Below, one piece after another: positions 1 to 13,152 of a DNA stretch of 64,000 nt. Each line of letters opens with the position of its first letter. Position 1 is the first letter of the stretch. Where the stretch lies: contig JAURYI010000118.1 of NCBI GenBank assembly GCA_030654015.1, positions 1,496 through 65,495 on the forward strand. The letters run 5' to 3'. The notes under the pieces are model-generated. The model was not told the DNA's origin and did not search any database. It worked only from the letters and a program-made list of their open reading frames with translations. This DNA comes from Methylococcales bacterium (GTDB lineage: Bacteria; Pseudomonadota; Gammaproteobacteria; Methylococcales; Methylomonadaceae). A program made the position numbers and the translations under genes.

Positions 1-2027
1 GACGATTCGCGGGTTATTTCTTCCAGATAATTGGGCGGTGCGGTTTGTTTTAAAAATTCCACGACACGATGTACTTCATGGTCATCCACAAATGCACCAT
101 GAGCGCGGATGGGAATGCTGGTGCCTGAGGGTAAAAATAACATATCCCCGTTACCTAACAGCGTTTCTGCGCCGCCTTGGTCTAGGATGGTGCGTGAATC
201 TATGCGCGAGGACACTTGAAAGGAGATGCGCGTTGGTACGTTGGCTTTAATCAAGCCTGTCAACACATCCACCGAGGGGCGTTGCGTTGCCAAGACTAAA
301 TGGATACCTGCGGCGCGGGCTTTTTGTGCCAAGCGGGCAATGAGTTCTTCGACTTTTTTACCGACGATCATCATCATGTCAGCAAGTTCGTCAATGACGA
401 TAACAATGCTCGGTAAGGTCGATAAAGCAGGCGTTTCACCGTCTGAAAACGGATTCAGTGCCTGAAACATCGGGTCTGGAATAGTTTCACCACGCGCGGC
501 GGCTTCTTCAATCAATGTGTTAAAACCTGCCAAGTTGCGCACGCCCATTTTAGACATGAGTTTGTAGCGGCGTTCCATTTCGCCGACTGCCCAGCGCAGT
601 GCGTTACTGGCTTCTTTCATGTCGGTGACGACGGGTGTTAATAAATGCGGAATGCCTTCGTAAACTGAAAGTTCCAGCATTTTCGGGTCTATCATGATAA
701 GGCGTACTTGTTCTGGCGTGGCTTTGTAGAGCAGGCTCAAAATCATGGTATTAATCGCGACCGATTTACCTGAGCCTGTTGTTCCTGCTACCAAAACGTG
801 CGGCATTTTACCCAAATCGGCGACCATCGGCGCACCTGCAATGTCTTTACCCATTGCCAGAGTCAATAAAGATTTTGCTTTGACGAAATTGGGCGATACC
901 AGTAGTTCACGCAAGGTGACCATTTCACGTTCACGGTTGGGAATTTCCAGACCGACTACGGTTTTACCCGGAATAATCTCGACGATACGCACGCTGGTCA
1001 CCGATAAGGCGCGAGCTAAATCTTTGGATAGTGTACTGATACGACTGACTTTAACACCCGCAGCAGGTTGTATTTCAAAACGGGTAATCACTGGGCCGGG
1101 GTGAAAATCCACCACGGTCACGATGACGTTAAAGTCAGCTAAAATCGTTTCTACTAACCGCGACATGGCTTCTAAATCTTCTTGCGAATAGCCGATGACG
1201 CGAATTTCGCGGTGATCCAGTAAATCTAATGCAGGTAACACGCTTTCGCCCGATTTATAGGGCGTAGCAGGCGGTGTTTTTTTTGCGGGATTGCTGGACT
1301 TTTCCACGCGGGCAACCACTTTGGCAACGGCTTGTTCTATATGCGGAACAACATTAATGCCGCCAGTTTTTTTTGCGGGTGGTTTTCTGGTGGGTGCAGG
1401 TGCAAAGGCGGCGGGTGTAGCGGTGCGTCTTTCTTGTGCATGACGAAAAATGAGGCGGCAGAAGGCAACGGTATATTGACCAATTTTATCCAGCAGTTTG
1501 AACCACGATAAATCAGTAATCAGCGTAATACCGGTCACTAACAACACCAGCAGGAATAAGGTCGCGCCCGAATTGCCCAGTGAAATTTGTGCCGCAGAGC
1601 CTATTTCCTCACCGACAATGCCACCCGCAGTACGCGGTAATTCAATATGCGGTCTTAATAAATACAGGTGTAATAACGCCGAGCTGGAAATAATAGCGGC
1701 GATAGAACCCAGCCAAGGCAGTGCCATGAATATTTTTTCTTTGGGCGGTTTAATGTCTTTGTGGAATAAATACCCATGCCAGAAAATAATGGCGGGGAAA
1801 ATATAGGCACACAGACCAAAAAAACTCAGGCTGAAATCAGCCAGCCACGCGCCCAGTACCCCACAGGCATTGGCAATGGTGCGCGTCGTACCACTGTGCG
1901 TCCACCCCGCATCTTCATTGCTGAAAGTCACCAGTGCGATCAAGAAAAATAAGGCACTGGCAAAAAAGACTAAAACAGCCACTTCACGCAAGCCACGAAA
2001 CGTTTTTTCTTCCATTACAGCAGACAT
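1..2027 (-). CDS. ftsK: DNA translocase FtsK, N-terminal ~675 codons (3' end runs off the left window edge)
   Basis: Absent from the ORF track because it is open to the window edge. Reverse complement from ATG at 2027 reads [42 protein letters not shown] (membrane N-terminus). In the same frame: [16 protein letters not shown] (Walker A, ~760-806) and ..[33 protein letters not shown] at the edge. The + strand ORFs between 38 and 2052 are antisense artefacts. Confidence 0.9.
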   Translation of the reverse strand, partial: MSAVMEEKTFRGLREVAVLVFFASALFFLIALVTFSNEDAGWTHSGTTRTIANACGVLGAWLADFSLSFFGLCAYIFPAIIFWHGYLFHKDIKPPKEKIFMALPWLGSIAAIISSSALLHLYLLRPHIELPRTAGGIVGEEIGSAAQISLGNSGATLFLLVLLVTGITLITDLSWFKLLDKIGQYTVAFCRLIFRHAQERRTATPAAFAPAPTRKPPAKKTGGINVVPHIEQAVAKVVARVEKSSNPAKKTPPATPYKSGESVLPALDLLDHREIRVIGYSQEDLEAMSRLVETILADFNVIVTVVDFHPGPVITRFEIQPAAGVKVSRISTLSKDLARALSVTSVRIVEIIPGKTVVGLEIPNREREMVTLRELLVSPNFVKAKSLLTLAMGKDIAGAPMVADLGKMPHVLVAGTTGSGKSVAINTMILSLLYKATPEQVRLIMIDPKMLELSVYEGIPHLLTPVVTDMKEASNALRWAVGEMERRYKLMSKMGVRNLAGFNTLIEEAAARGETIPDPMFQALNPFSDGETPALSTLPSIVIVIDELADMMMIVGKKVEELIARLAQKARAAGIHLVLATQRPSVDVLTGLIKANVPTRISFQVSSRIDSRTILDQGGAETLLGNGDMLFLPSGTSIPIRAHGAFVDDHEVHRVVEFLKQTAPPNYLEEITRES

Positions 2028-2424
2028 AAGTAATAATTCGGTTATAGATTAATACACATAAAGTATGATTATAGAACAATTAATCATTGTGATATATGCA
2101 GGATGAGCAAGAGGGAGATAATGTTAGTTTTTTTAGGGTCGTTTAGCATGACTAATTCAACTTTAGCGTTAAAATTATTTAAAAACAATTGCTTAGTAAT
2201 GGATGTTTTCTCCTGCTAATACAAAAGTGGTGCGTGCTGAGGTGTTCATAATCAAACCAGCCGACGATGCTGTTATCAGGCAAACGAATTTTATTGCAGA
2301 CAAGGGTTTATTTGTTACCCATAACCCTATAATCTTTAACGGCTACGGCATTGAAAATAGAGACTCGGCACAGACGGTCTTATAAAAATTATAAAATTTT
2401 ACAGAACCCCAAAAGGCACAGTAA

Positions 2425-3753
2425 ATGACTAACCCGCTTTCAGCTGAGACGATAGAATCCGTATTAAGCCAGTATAAAACGCCTGCACACATTTACATCG
2501 GTTACAGCGGCGGTGTCGATTCTCATGTTTTATTACATCTGTGCGCCTCATCAAACAGCCTCAAAGGTAAAATTACCGCTGTTTATGTGCATCATGGTTT
2601 GCAGGCTGATGCCTCAGTATGGGCGGAACATTGCCAAAAAACCGCTGAAAATTTGCAGGTCAATTTTATAGAATTGCGCGTTGATGCCACGGCGGTTTCA
2701 GGTGAAAGTCCAGAAGAAGCGGCACGAAATGCTCGCTATACCGCGTTAAAATCATTGCTTAATGCCGATGAGATGCTGCTGGTCGCTCAGCACCGCGACG
2801 ACCAGCTTGAAACGGTGTTACTGCAATTATTTCGTGGCTCAGGTTTACGCGGACTGTCTGGAATGCCTGAGAGTACCTTTTTCGGCAAAGGTCTTATGCT
2901 AAGACCTCTGTTAAATGTTGCAAAATGTGACATCAACCAATACGCCGAAAACCATGAGTTGCAATGGGTTGAAGATCCCAGTAATCAACAGAATGACTAC
3001 GATCGCAATTATTTACGCAATAAGGTTGTCCCGTTATTAAAGGAACGCTGGGTTGCCTGTGACAGAACCGTAGCGCGTTCGGCACGGCATTGCGCGGAAG
3101 CGCAGGTGGTGGTGTCGGCGGTGGCGGATGAACTGTTTTATCCTGTATTCAGTAAAGTCAGTAAAACGTTATGTATCAGCCAATTACAAGCCCACAAAAG
3201 CCCTAGGCAACAGCTGATTATCAGGCACTGGTTTCAAAGTTTGGGCTTGAGAATGCCTGCGCAAGCCTTTGTTGAGCGCATACAAACGGAAGTCATTGCC
3301 GCACGCGAAGACAGTGATCCGATTCTGATAGGGCAGGGCTGTTTTATTCGCCGCTATCGCGATAAATTGTATTGCCTGAGGCAGTCAGAGCAGGAAACGC
3401 CTGAAGATATTAGCTGGCCTGCCGAGCAGGGCTTTGTAAAATTCGCTACCCATCGGAAATTATCCTACGCGCCTGCATCAGACGGCATTTTGTACGAACT
3501 ATGGCAGAAAGCAAAAATCACCGTAAAATTTCGCAGCGGTGGCGAGAAAATCTATTTACCTAATCGCAAAGAACAGCATTCGCTGAAAAATTTGTTTCAG
3601 GAAGCGGGTATTCCTTCTTGGGAACGCCAACTGACACCGTTAATTTATTTGAATAATAAGTTGGCGGCGGTGGGCGACTTATGGATAAGCGCGGAATTTT
3701 ATAGCGCGAAACCCAATGGCTGTGTGCGTTTAATCATTCAAAACGAAGAATAA
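2425..3753 (+). CDS. tilS: tRNA(Ile)-lysidine synthase
   Basis: 442 aa ORF; N-terminal PP-loop motif IGYSGGVDSHVLLHL; length and C-terminal substrate-binding region typical of TilS. Confidence 0.85.
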   Translation: MTNPLSAETIESVLSQYKTPAHIYIGYSGGVDSHVLLHLCASSNSLKGKITAVYVHHGLQADASVWAEHCQKTAENLQVNFIELRVDATAVSGESPEEAARNARYTALKSLLNADEMLLVAQHRDDQLETVLLQLFRGSGLRGLSGMPESTFFGKGLMLRPLLNVAKCDINQYAENHELQWVEDPSNQQNDYDRNYLRNKVVPLLKERWVACDRTVARSARHCAEAQVVVSAVADELFYPVFSKVSKTLCISQLQAHKSPRQQLIIRHWFQSLGLRMPAQAFVERIQTEVIAAREDSDPILIGQGCFIRRYRDKLYCLRQSEQETPEDISWPAEQGFVKFATHRKLSYAPASDGILYELWQKAKITVKFRSGGEKIYLPNRKEQHSLKNLFQEAGIPSWERQLTPLIYLNNKLAAVGDLWISAEFYSAKPNGCVRLIIQNEE

Positions 3754-3793
3754 ATGCCGAAAAGACCATGACGAATAGTGTATTGTCGATTAA

Positions 3794-5464
<1,671 letters not shown>

Positions 5465-5477
5465 TCATCCGCTATCC

Positions 5478-5509
5478 GATTTGACGGGGTTTTAAACCCC
5501 TGTCGAATC
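5478..5509 (+). terminator. Imperfect hairpin centred on TTTAAA after pyrG (gatttGACGGGGttttaaaCCCCTGTCgaatc)
   Basis: Inverted repeat read directly, 14 nt after the pyrG stop; no strong T-run, so terminator function is uncertain. Confidence 0.4.
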
Positions 5510-5527
5510 ATCAAAAGAGAAACAACA

Positions 5528-6361
5528 ATGAAATTATGTGGCTTTGAAGTCGGTTTAAATCAACCCTTATTTTTAATCGCTGGCCCTTGCGTCATTGAAA
5601 GCGAACAGCTTGCGTTAGATACCGCAGGGTATTTAAAAGAATTAACCACCGAATTAAATATCCCGTTTATTTATAAATCGTCATTTGATAAAGCCAACCG
5701 TTCCTCGCATGAAACTTTTCGTGGTTTAGGTGTGGAAAAAGGCTTGGAAATACTGGCAAAAGTAAAACAACAAATCGGCGTACCTGTCTTAACCGACGTA
5801 CATGAAGATACCCCGTTAGCCGAAGTTGCCAGCGTGGTCGATGTCATGCAAACGCCCGCATTTTTGTGTCGGCAAACCAACTTTATCCAAGCGGTTGCCG
5901 CACAAGGCATCCCCGTCAATATCAAAAAAGGGCAATTCTTAGCCCCTTGGGATATGGCAAATGTCGCCAACAAAGCCAAAGCCACAGGCAACCAGAACAT
6001 TATGGTCTGTGAGCGCGGCGTATCGTTTGGCTACAATAACTTAGTGTCCGATATGCGCTCACTCGCCGTCATGCGTGACACCGATTGCCCAGTAGTATTT
6101 GATGCCACCCACTCAGTACAATTACCCGGTGGACAAGGCTCATGCTCAGGTGGACAACGTGAATTTGTTCCTGTTTTAGCGCGTGCGGCGGTTGCCGTCG
6201 GTGTCGCTGGCATCTTCATGGAAACGCATCCTAATCCAGCCGAAGCCAAAAGTGACGGCCCCAATTCATGGCCGTTACACAGAATGCGCGAATTATTAGA
6301 AACCTTAATGGTGTTAGACAGAGCCGTTAAAAGCCAGCCGTTTATTGAAACCACGTTATAA
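5528..6361 (+). CDS. kdsA: 3-deoxy-8-phosphooctulonate (KDO8P) synthase
   Basis: 277 aa; [37 protein letters not shown] motifs; conserved pyrG-kdsA-eno order. Confidence 0.95.
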   Translation: MKLCGFEVGLNQPLFLIAGPCVIESEQLALDTAGYLKELTTELNIPFIYKSSFDKANRSSHETFRGLGVEKGLEILAKVKQQIGVPVLTDVHEDTPLAEVASVVDVMQTPAFLCRQTNFIQAVAAQGIPVNIKKGQFLAPWDMANVANKAKATGNQNIMVCERGVSFGYNNLVSDMRSLAVMRDTDCPVVFDATHSVQLPGGQGSCSGGQREFVPVLARAAVAVGVAGIFMETHPNPAEAKSDGPNSWPLHRMRELLETLMVLDRAVKSQPFIETTL

Positions 6362-6370
6362 ATTCACACA

Positions 6371-6401
6371 AACCTGCGAGGTTTTAAAAACCTCGCAGGT
6401 T
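6371..6401 (+). terminator. Hairpin AACCTGCGAGG-ttttaaaaa-CCTCGCAGGTT after kdsA (repeat family, second copy at 29840)
   Basis: Perfect 11-bp stem read directly, 10 nt after the kdsA stop; a near-identical copy follows acnB. Confidence 0.6.
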
Positions 6402-6448
6402 TCCAATTTTCACCCTAAACTGCAACCCCCCGTTGCTTTTATTTTTAA

Positions 6449-7750
<1,302 letters not shown>

Positions 7751-7771
7751 AACTTAACGGTTTTATTTCCC

Positions 7772-7798
7772 TGTAGGGTACGCATTGCGTACCCTACA
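7772..7798. repeat. GTAG-headed perfect palindrome tGTAGGGTACGCA-t-TGCGTACCCTACa (REP-like; probable eno terminator)
   Basis: 13-bp arms read directly, 22 nt after the eno stop. Confidence 0.6.
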
Positions 7799-7820
7799 TT
7801 ATTAAGTTGGAGATTAAACA

Positions 7821-8042
7821 ATGGTCACTGTGCAAACAAATAAAACGCAATCGGCTGGTTTATCCAATGTTCAGCAAGAAATTTTAAAATTATATGCCAC
7901 CGAATTAGCAGAAAATGAATTGCATGAATTAAAAATGCAATTAGCGCAGTATTACGCGCAAAAAGCCATTCAAGCGGCAGATAAAATTTGGGATGAAAAA
8001 TCTTATTCAACGGAAGAAATGGATAATTGGTTGAATGAATAA
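7821..8042 (+). CDS. Small hypothetical protein, putative orphaned antitoxin of the downstream PIN remnant
   Basis: 73 aa acidic helical ORF; its stop overlaps the ATG (8035) of a PIN-like stump in the ATGAATAA arrangement typical of TA pairs. The family assignment comes from context only. Confidence 0.45.
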   Translation: MVTVQTNKTQSAGLSNVQQEILKLYATELAENELHELKMQLAQYYAQKAIQAADKIWDEKSYSTEEMDNWLNE

Positions 8043-8118
8043 CACAAAGTTTATTTTAGATACCAATGTGTTATTAGTAAGTAGCCCAGATAGAGCGTTA
8101 GCAGTTTCGGAATGTTGA
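8035..8118 (+). pseudogene. PIN-domain toxin remnant (first ~16 codons only)
   Basis: MNNTKFILDTNVLLVS matches the N-terminal strand and catalytic Asp (xxLDTNVL) of PIN toxins. From nt 8081 the frame runs into a palindromic repeat and stops at 8116-8118. Confidence 0.6.
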
Positions 8119-8153
8119 CACCCACTCATTCCGCAATACTCTATGCGGGCTAC
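8081..8153. repeat. 73-bp REPIN-like palindromic element (GTAGCCCAGATAGAG ... CTCTATGCGGGCTAC, inner CGGAATG/CATTCCG hairpin)
   Basis: Terminal inverted repeats (2 mismatches in 15) and an inner hairpin read directly. It has the same GTAG...CTAC architecture and size as the 74-bp element at 56046. Confidence 0.65.
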
Positions 8154-8207
8154 TGGCTAATAAAATATGATAATTGTGTAAATTATTTTATAAAAGTGTG
8201 ATATTTG

Positions 8208-9035
8208 ATGAAGTGGCGATTAGGATTAAATGACAATCTCAGTTATATCGATTCTTTAACTAGGAGTGTTGATGGTGATTTAAACATTTCAATTGAATAT
8301 GATTCAAGTGATATTGCACGCTATGAATTATGTTCTGAACATATTGATACTTTAGATAAAGATGAAAAAACAAGAGCTTTTTTCCGTGCAAAAAGTCTCC
8401 TTTCTTATCTACGTGGCGCAATGTTTTTAATTGCATTTGGTTTTCAAGATGATTATAGAGCGAAATTTCTACCAACTAAATTATATTTTGGAATAGACGA
8501 ATTTAAATCATTCGAAGAAATCTCTATAAACGATAGTGATTATGAACCTAGTAACATAGAAATAGAAGAGTACTATTATCCATTTGATAGAAATATAAAA
8601 ATATCTTCTCCTTATTCAAAATTGGGGAAAATAATTGAGTTAGCTAAAGAAAATAAGGATGTTGCTACTATTCTCCGATTAATGGGGCGTGGAGAAATTG
8701 ACGTTGAAGATTTGTATAAAATTTATGAATTAGTTTTAACAGTCAATCATTGGGATTCTGACAATAATATTATTTCTAGTAATCAAAAAGGAAAATTTCG
8801 AACAACGGTAAATTCACCTCAGTATTTAAGAGATGATTCTCGTCATACTAAATTCGATAGGAATAAAGTGATTCATGAATCACAAACTCTCAATTTTCTT
8901 GAATCTGTTAATCTTATTCGTGAGCTATCTTATACTTGGATTGAATCATTGCTTGAAAATGAAAATATTGATTTTTTAGAATTTAAATTGTTCAAAAAAC
9001 CAGACTTTGGTTCTGTATGGTGGGACAATTCATAA
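8208..9035 (+). CDS. Hypothetical protein, strongly AT-rich orphan gene
   Basis: 275 aa ORF (ATG at 8208 inside track ORF 8205..9035). Sampled 60-nt lines give 27-28% G+C versus ~42% in eno. I recognise no motif. Confidence 0.6.
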   Translation: MKWRLGLNDNLSYIDSLTRSVDGDLNISIEYDSSDIARYELCSEHIDTLDKDEKTRAFFRAKSLLSYLRGAMFLIAFGFQDDYRAKFLPTKLYFGIDEFKSFEEISINDSDYEPSNIEIEEYYYPFDRNIKISSPYSKLGKIIELAKENKDVATILRLMGRGEIDVEDLYKIYELVLTVNHWDSDNNIISSNQKGKFRTTVNSPQYLRDDSRHTKFDRNKVIHESQTLNFLESVNLIRELSYTWIESLLENENIDFLEFKLFKKPDFGSVWWDNS

Positions 9036-9057
9036 AATTGTATAAGTGCGTCGCGCG

Positions 9058-9120
9058 ATAGGCTGAGGCACGAAGTCCATCAATCGCGAACGATGCGCTT
9101 CCTTCGTCAGCACATCCTAT
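9058..9120. repeat. Degenerate REP-like palindrome (ATAGGCTGAGGCACGAAG ... CTTCCTTCGTCAGCACATCCTAT)
   Basis: Imperfect terminal inverted repeat. The GAGGCACGAA core is shared with the elements at 9881 and 56046. Confidence 0.35.
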
Positions 9121-9150
9121 TCCGTTTTTTTAAATTAAAAGGTACATATT

Positions 9151-9363
9151 ATGAATAATGAATATACTGCCATCATAAAACAAGATGGTGATTGGTGGAT
9201 TGGTTGGATTGAAGAAGTGCAGGGTGTTAATTGTCAGGAAGCAAGTTACAGCGAATTATTAGCAAGTTTAAAAACCACTTTACAAGAAGCGTTAGTTTTT
9301 AATCGTGAAGAAGCCATGCTATGTGCGGGTTCAGATTATAGAGAAGAACGTATTGCTTTATGA
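9151..9363 (+). CDS. hicB: HicB-family antitoxin (short form, no DNA-binding domain)
   Basis: 70 aa; YTAIIKQDGDWWIGWIEEVQGVNCQEASYSELLASLKTTLQEAL is typical of UPF0150/HicB; 4-nt overlap (ATGA) with hicA. Confidence 0.75.
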   Translation: MNNEYTAIIKQDGDWWIGWIEEVQGVNCQEASYSELLASLKTTLQEALVFNREEAMLCAGSDYREERIAL

Positions 9364-9548
9364 AACGTTCAGAATTAATCCGTTATTTACACGCGCAAGG
9401 GTGTGAATTATTGAGAGAAGGCGGGCGACATTCGTGGTGGCATAACTCATTGCAAAACAAACGGTCGGCTGTTCCACGTCATAATGAGATTAGTGATATT
9501 CTGGCGAATAAAATTTGCAAAGATTTAGGTATTAAGCCAGTTAAATAA
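9360..9548 (+). CDS. hicA: HicA-family mRNA interferase toxin
   Basis: 62 aa; MKRSELIRYLHAQGCELLREGGRHSWWHN..SAVPRHNEI matches the HicA/YcfA pattern. Confidence 0.8.
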   Translation: MKRSELIRYLHAQGCELLREGGRHSWWHNSLQNKRSAVPRHNEISDILANKICKDLGIKPVK

Positions 9549-9572
9549 ATTCTTTATTAAAGTCCTGCTTAT

Positions 9573-9842
9573 ATGAAAATACTCATCATTATCCTCATTG
9601 CCCTTATCGCCCATTTACAATATCGCTTGTGGTTTGGTGATGGCAGTATTACTGAAATTAGAGCTTATCAACAACGGCTTGATGATTTGACGCAGCAGGT
9701 TGAAGAAAAGCGTTTGCGTAATGAAGCTTTGTATGCGGAAGTGGTGGATTTGAGGAAAGGGCAGGAGGCGTTGGAGGAGCGGGCGCGGGATGAATTAGGG
9801 ATGATTAAAGACAACGAGACATTTTTTCAAGTGATTGAATGA
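9573..9842 (+). CDS. ftsB: Cell division protein FtsB
   Basis: 89 aa; N-terminal TM helix, coiled coil, C-terminal EERARDELGMIKDNETFFQV; normally lies directly downstream of eno. Confidence 0.9.
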   Translation: MKILIIILIALIAHLQYRLWFGDGSITEIRAYQQRLDDLTQQVEEKRLRNEALYAEVVDLRKGQEALEERARDELGMIKDNETFFQVIE

Positions 9843-9847
9843 TTGGT

Positions 9848-9986
9848 GTCCACGAAAAGCACGAAACGCACGAAAAAAACGTAGGTTAGTGTGAGTTCGC
9901 GAACCCCCAACAATTCAACAATTCTGTTGGGTTTCGTGCCTCAACCCAACCTACACAATTTCGTGTCTTTCGTGCTTTTCGTGGAC
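9848..9986. repeat. Composite repeat: CACGAAA-nonamer palindrome arms (9848-9875 / 9959-9986) with a GTAG...CTAC element (9881-9954) nested in the loop
   Basis: GTCCACGAAAAGCACGAAACGCACGAAA ... TTTCGTGTCTTTCGTGCTTTTCGTGGAC read directly. Inner element: GTAGGTTAGTGTGAG...CCTCAACCCAACCTAC. Confidence 0.8.
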
Positions 9987-10007
9987 AAAATCTTAAGGAA
10001 TACATAA

Positions 10008-11120
<1,113 letters not shown>

Positions 11121-11130
11121 CGGCGGTTTT

Positions 11131-11194
11131 GTCCACGAAAGACACGAAAAGCACGAAAAAGTTTTATTTCGTGTCTTTCGTGCTTTTCGTGGAC
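11131..11194. repeat. CACGAAA-nonamer palindrome (GTCCACGAAAGACACGAAAAGCACGAAA-loop-TTTCGTGTCTTTCGTGCTTTTCGTGGAC); probable tgt terminator
   Basis: 28-nt arms (4 mismatches) read directly, 10 nt after the tgt stop; same family as 9848-9986. Confidence 0.8.
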
Positions 11195-11197
11195 GAT

Positions 11198-11491
11198 TTA
11201 CAGGTTTTTATATCGGTTCATATCAAATAATCCTGCTTCTAAGCCTCTGTATTTTGGGTGCTGCCCGTTAAACCAATCGGCGTGCTGCCAAATCTCTGGA
11301 TTGGTGCGGCGGATTCCAAAGCGATTATAAACGGCATCCATATCGGTTTCGGTGTGGGCGTTTTTAATCATCGTGACAAATTCGTTGAGCTGGTTTTGTT
11401 CTACGGCAAAGAAAAAGTTGGGATAACTGCCGATAAAGCCTGAAACGATATAGTGTGCATCATCAAGCATGAATTGGTATCTGGACACCAT
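11198..11491 (-). pseudogene. C-terminal gene fragment, possibly of a fatty-acid cis/trans isomerase (CTI)-family gene
   Basis: 97 aa ORF (..GSYPNFFFAV..GIRRTNPEIWQHADWF..GLFDMNRYKNL). The frame is closed by TAG only 9 codons upstream of the first Met, so it is a stump. The CTI assignment is from memory of the family C-terminus and is not verified. Confidence 0.35.
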
Positions 11492-11628
11492 CGGCAGGGC
11501 GGCAACATTTATATATGACTACAGAATTAAGACGCAGCCATAAGTAACGGTTATCTTGTTGATAGCTCGTAACTTAAGGGCATAGAGCATCATGTTTCCA
11601 GTGGAACAGGAAAGTCAGATTATTAATT

Positions 11629-13152
11629 ATGTTTAAAACAACACCTCCAATGTTAAAAACCCATCGGGATGAATGGCAGTTATTCGCTTTTCTGGCTTTA
11701 TATTTAGTGGCATGGACGTTATTAGCGGCATGGCTGCCACTGTCTATGGATTTAGACAGCACTGAACAAGTGGTTTGGTCACGAACAGCGCAGTGGGGCT
11801 ACTATAAGCACCCGCCGCTGCCGTCTTTATTGATGTATGGCTTAACGTATTTATTCGGCACACCATCAATGGGGCTGAGTGCTTTTGCAGCCCAAGGCGG
11901 CAATGTGATTGCTTTGCTGTATGTCTGGCTGTTGGCGAAACGGATGCTACCGTCTCAATTGGCAATCGTCGCGGTGCTGATTACCTCATTAATCGGCTAC
12001 CATAATTTCAGGGCGATTGTGTTTAATCACAACACCGTGTCGCTGCCGTTCACTGCCGCCGTGCTGTATTATTTTTACTGCGCAGTGCGGCAACCTGAGC
12101 GGCTGTGGATGTGGGTGTTGCTGGGTGTAGCAGGTGGATTGGCAATGCTCACCAAATACAGTGCTATTTTAGTGTTAGCCAGTTGTTTTATCTATGTAGT
12201 GTGGCAACGCTTGTGGATAAATCGGCAGGTTTTGCGGGGCTTGTTGCTCAGTGTGCTGGTGTTCTGTGTCGTATTTTCGCCCAATATCATCTGGTTGATT
12301 AATCACGATTGGCTACCGTTTACTTATCTGGATAAGCAATTGACCACCTCAGGCGGGCGTTTAAAACTACTGGGCAATTTTTTTGCCAATCAGGGGATTC
12401 GCTGGTGGTACGCCTTATTGGCAGTTTGGTTGTTAGCCAACATAAGCCCGCGTAAAACCACGGATGTTGAGTTAGCTGACGATAACAATGACCGCCGTTT
12501 CTTATTCATTATGCTGTGTGCGCCGCTGCTGTTGGCGATGTTGCCCTTGCTGATTAAAGGCAATTCGTTGAACAGCAATTGGGTCAGCGCGTTTTTCCTG
12601 CCCTCAGGCATTTTGCTGGTACATATTTTTTTCCGTGCTTATGATGAAACGCAGCTGTTAAAAAATACCAGCCGCTTGGTGTGGCTGATACAAATTCTGG
12701 TATTGCTGATTTTCTTTGGTGGTGCGGTTATTTATCCCGCAATGAAAGGACGCAGTGCGCGAACTAATTATCCTAGTCAGGAATTGGCAAATACTGTGTC
12801 AGCAATCTGGCGCGACCATCAACAACAGCCACTAAGTATCGTTATTGCCGACAATTGGCTGGGCGGTAATGTATTGCTGCATACGCACCCCGCGCTGTTA
12901 TTAATTGATAATGATACTGTGATTTCGCCGTGGGTTAATCGTCTTGATGTAGCCAGTTGTGGTGCGTTGGTGTTGACGACGGTAGTTGATAAGGTACTGC
13001 CCAGTTATGCAGATGTTTTCCAACAAGCATCGACCACAGGTACATTTTCACTCGGATGGGGTAACAGCTCAGTGGATTATGCGTGGGCGATTGTGTCACC
13101 CGAAGCTAATGCAGCACCGTGCCGCTTTAACGATACCCGCCATGCTGATTAA
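11629..13152 (+). CDS. ArnT/PMT-like GT-C family glycosyltransferase (polytopic membrane protein)
   Basis: 507 aa, many TM segments; YYKHPPLPSLLMYG loop typical of 4-amino-4-deoxy-L-arabinose transferase-like enzymes. Confidence 0.75.
   Translation: MFKTTPPMLKTHRDEWQLFAFLALYLVAWTLLAAWLPLSMDLDSTEQVVWSRTAQWGYYKHPPLPSLLMYGLTYLFGTPSMGLSAFAAQGGNVIALLYVWLLAKRMLPSQLAIVAVLITSLIGYHNFRAIVFNHNTVSLPFTAAVLYYFYCAVRQPERLWMWVLLGVAGGLAMLTKYSAILVLASCFIYVVWQRLWINRQVLRGLLLSVLVFCVVFSPNIIWLINHDWLPFTYLDKQLTTSGGRLKLLGNFFANQGIRWWYALLAVWLLANISPRKTTDVELADDNNDRRFLFIMLCAPLLLAMLPLLIKGNSLNSNWVSAFFLPSGILLVHIFFRAYDETQLLKNTSRLVWLIQILVLLIFFGGAVIYPAMKGRSARTNYPSQELANTVSAIWRDHQQQPLSIVIADNWLGGNVLLHTHPALLLIDNDTVISPWVNRLDVASCGALVLTTVVDKVLPSYADVFQQASTTGTFSLGWGNSSVDYAWAIVSPEANAAPCRFNDTRHAD

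Noticed and set aside
38-2052. Six + strand ORFs (60-119 aa) in the ORF track at the left end
   Set aside because: They lie antisense to a continuous, motif-rich FtsK reading frame on the minus strand, which is open to the window edge and so absent from the track. None has recognisable motifs.
2203-2385. 60-aa ORF in the ftsK/tilS divergent intergenic region
   Set aside because: No RBS or motif, and it lies in an AT-rich promoter region. It is most likely non-coding.
12986-13141. N-terminal 52 codons of track ORF 12986..13516
   Set aside because: They overlap the 3' end of the ArnT-like gene in another frame. The GtrA-like similarity and first TM helix begin at ATG 13142.
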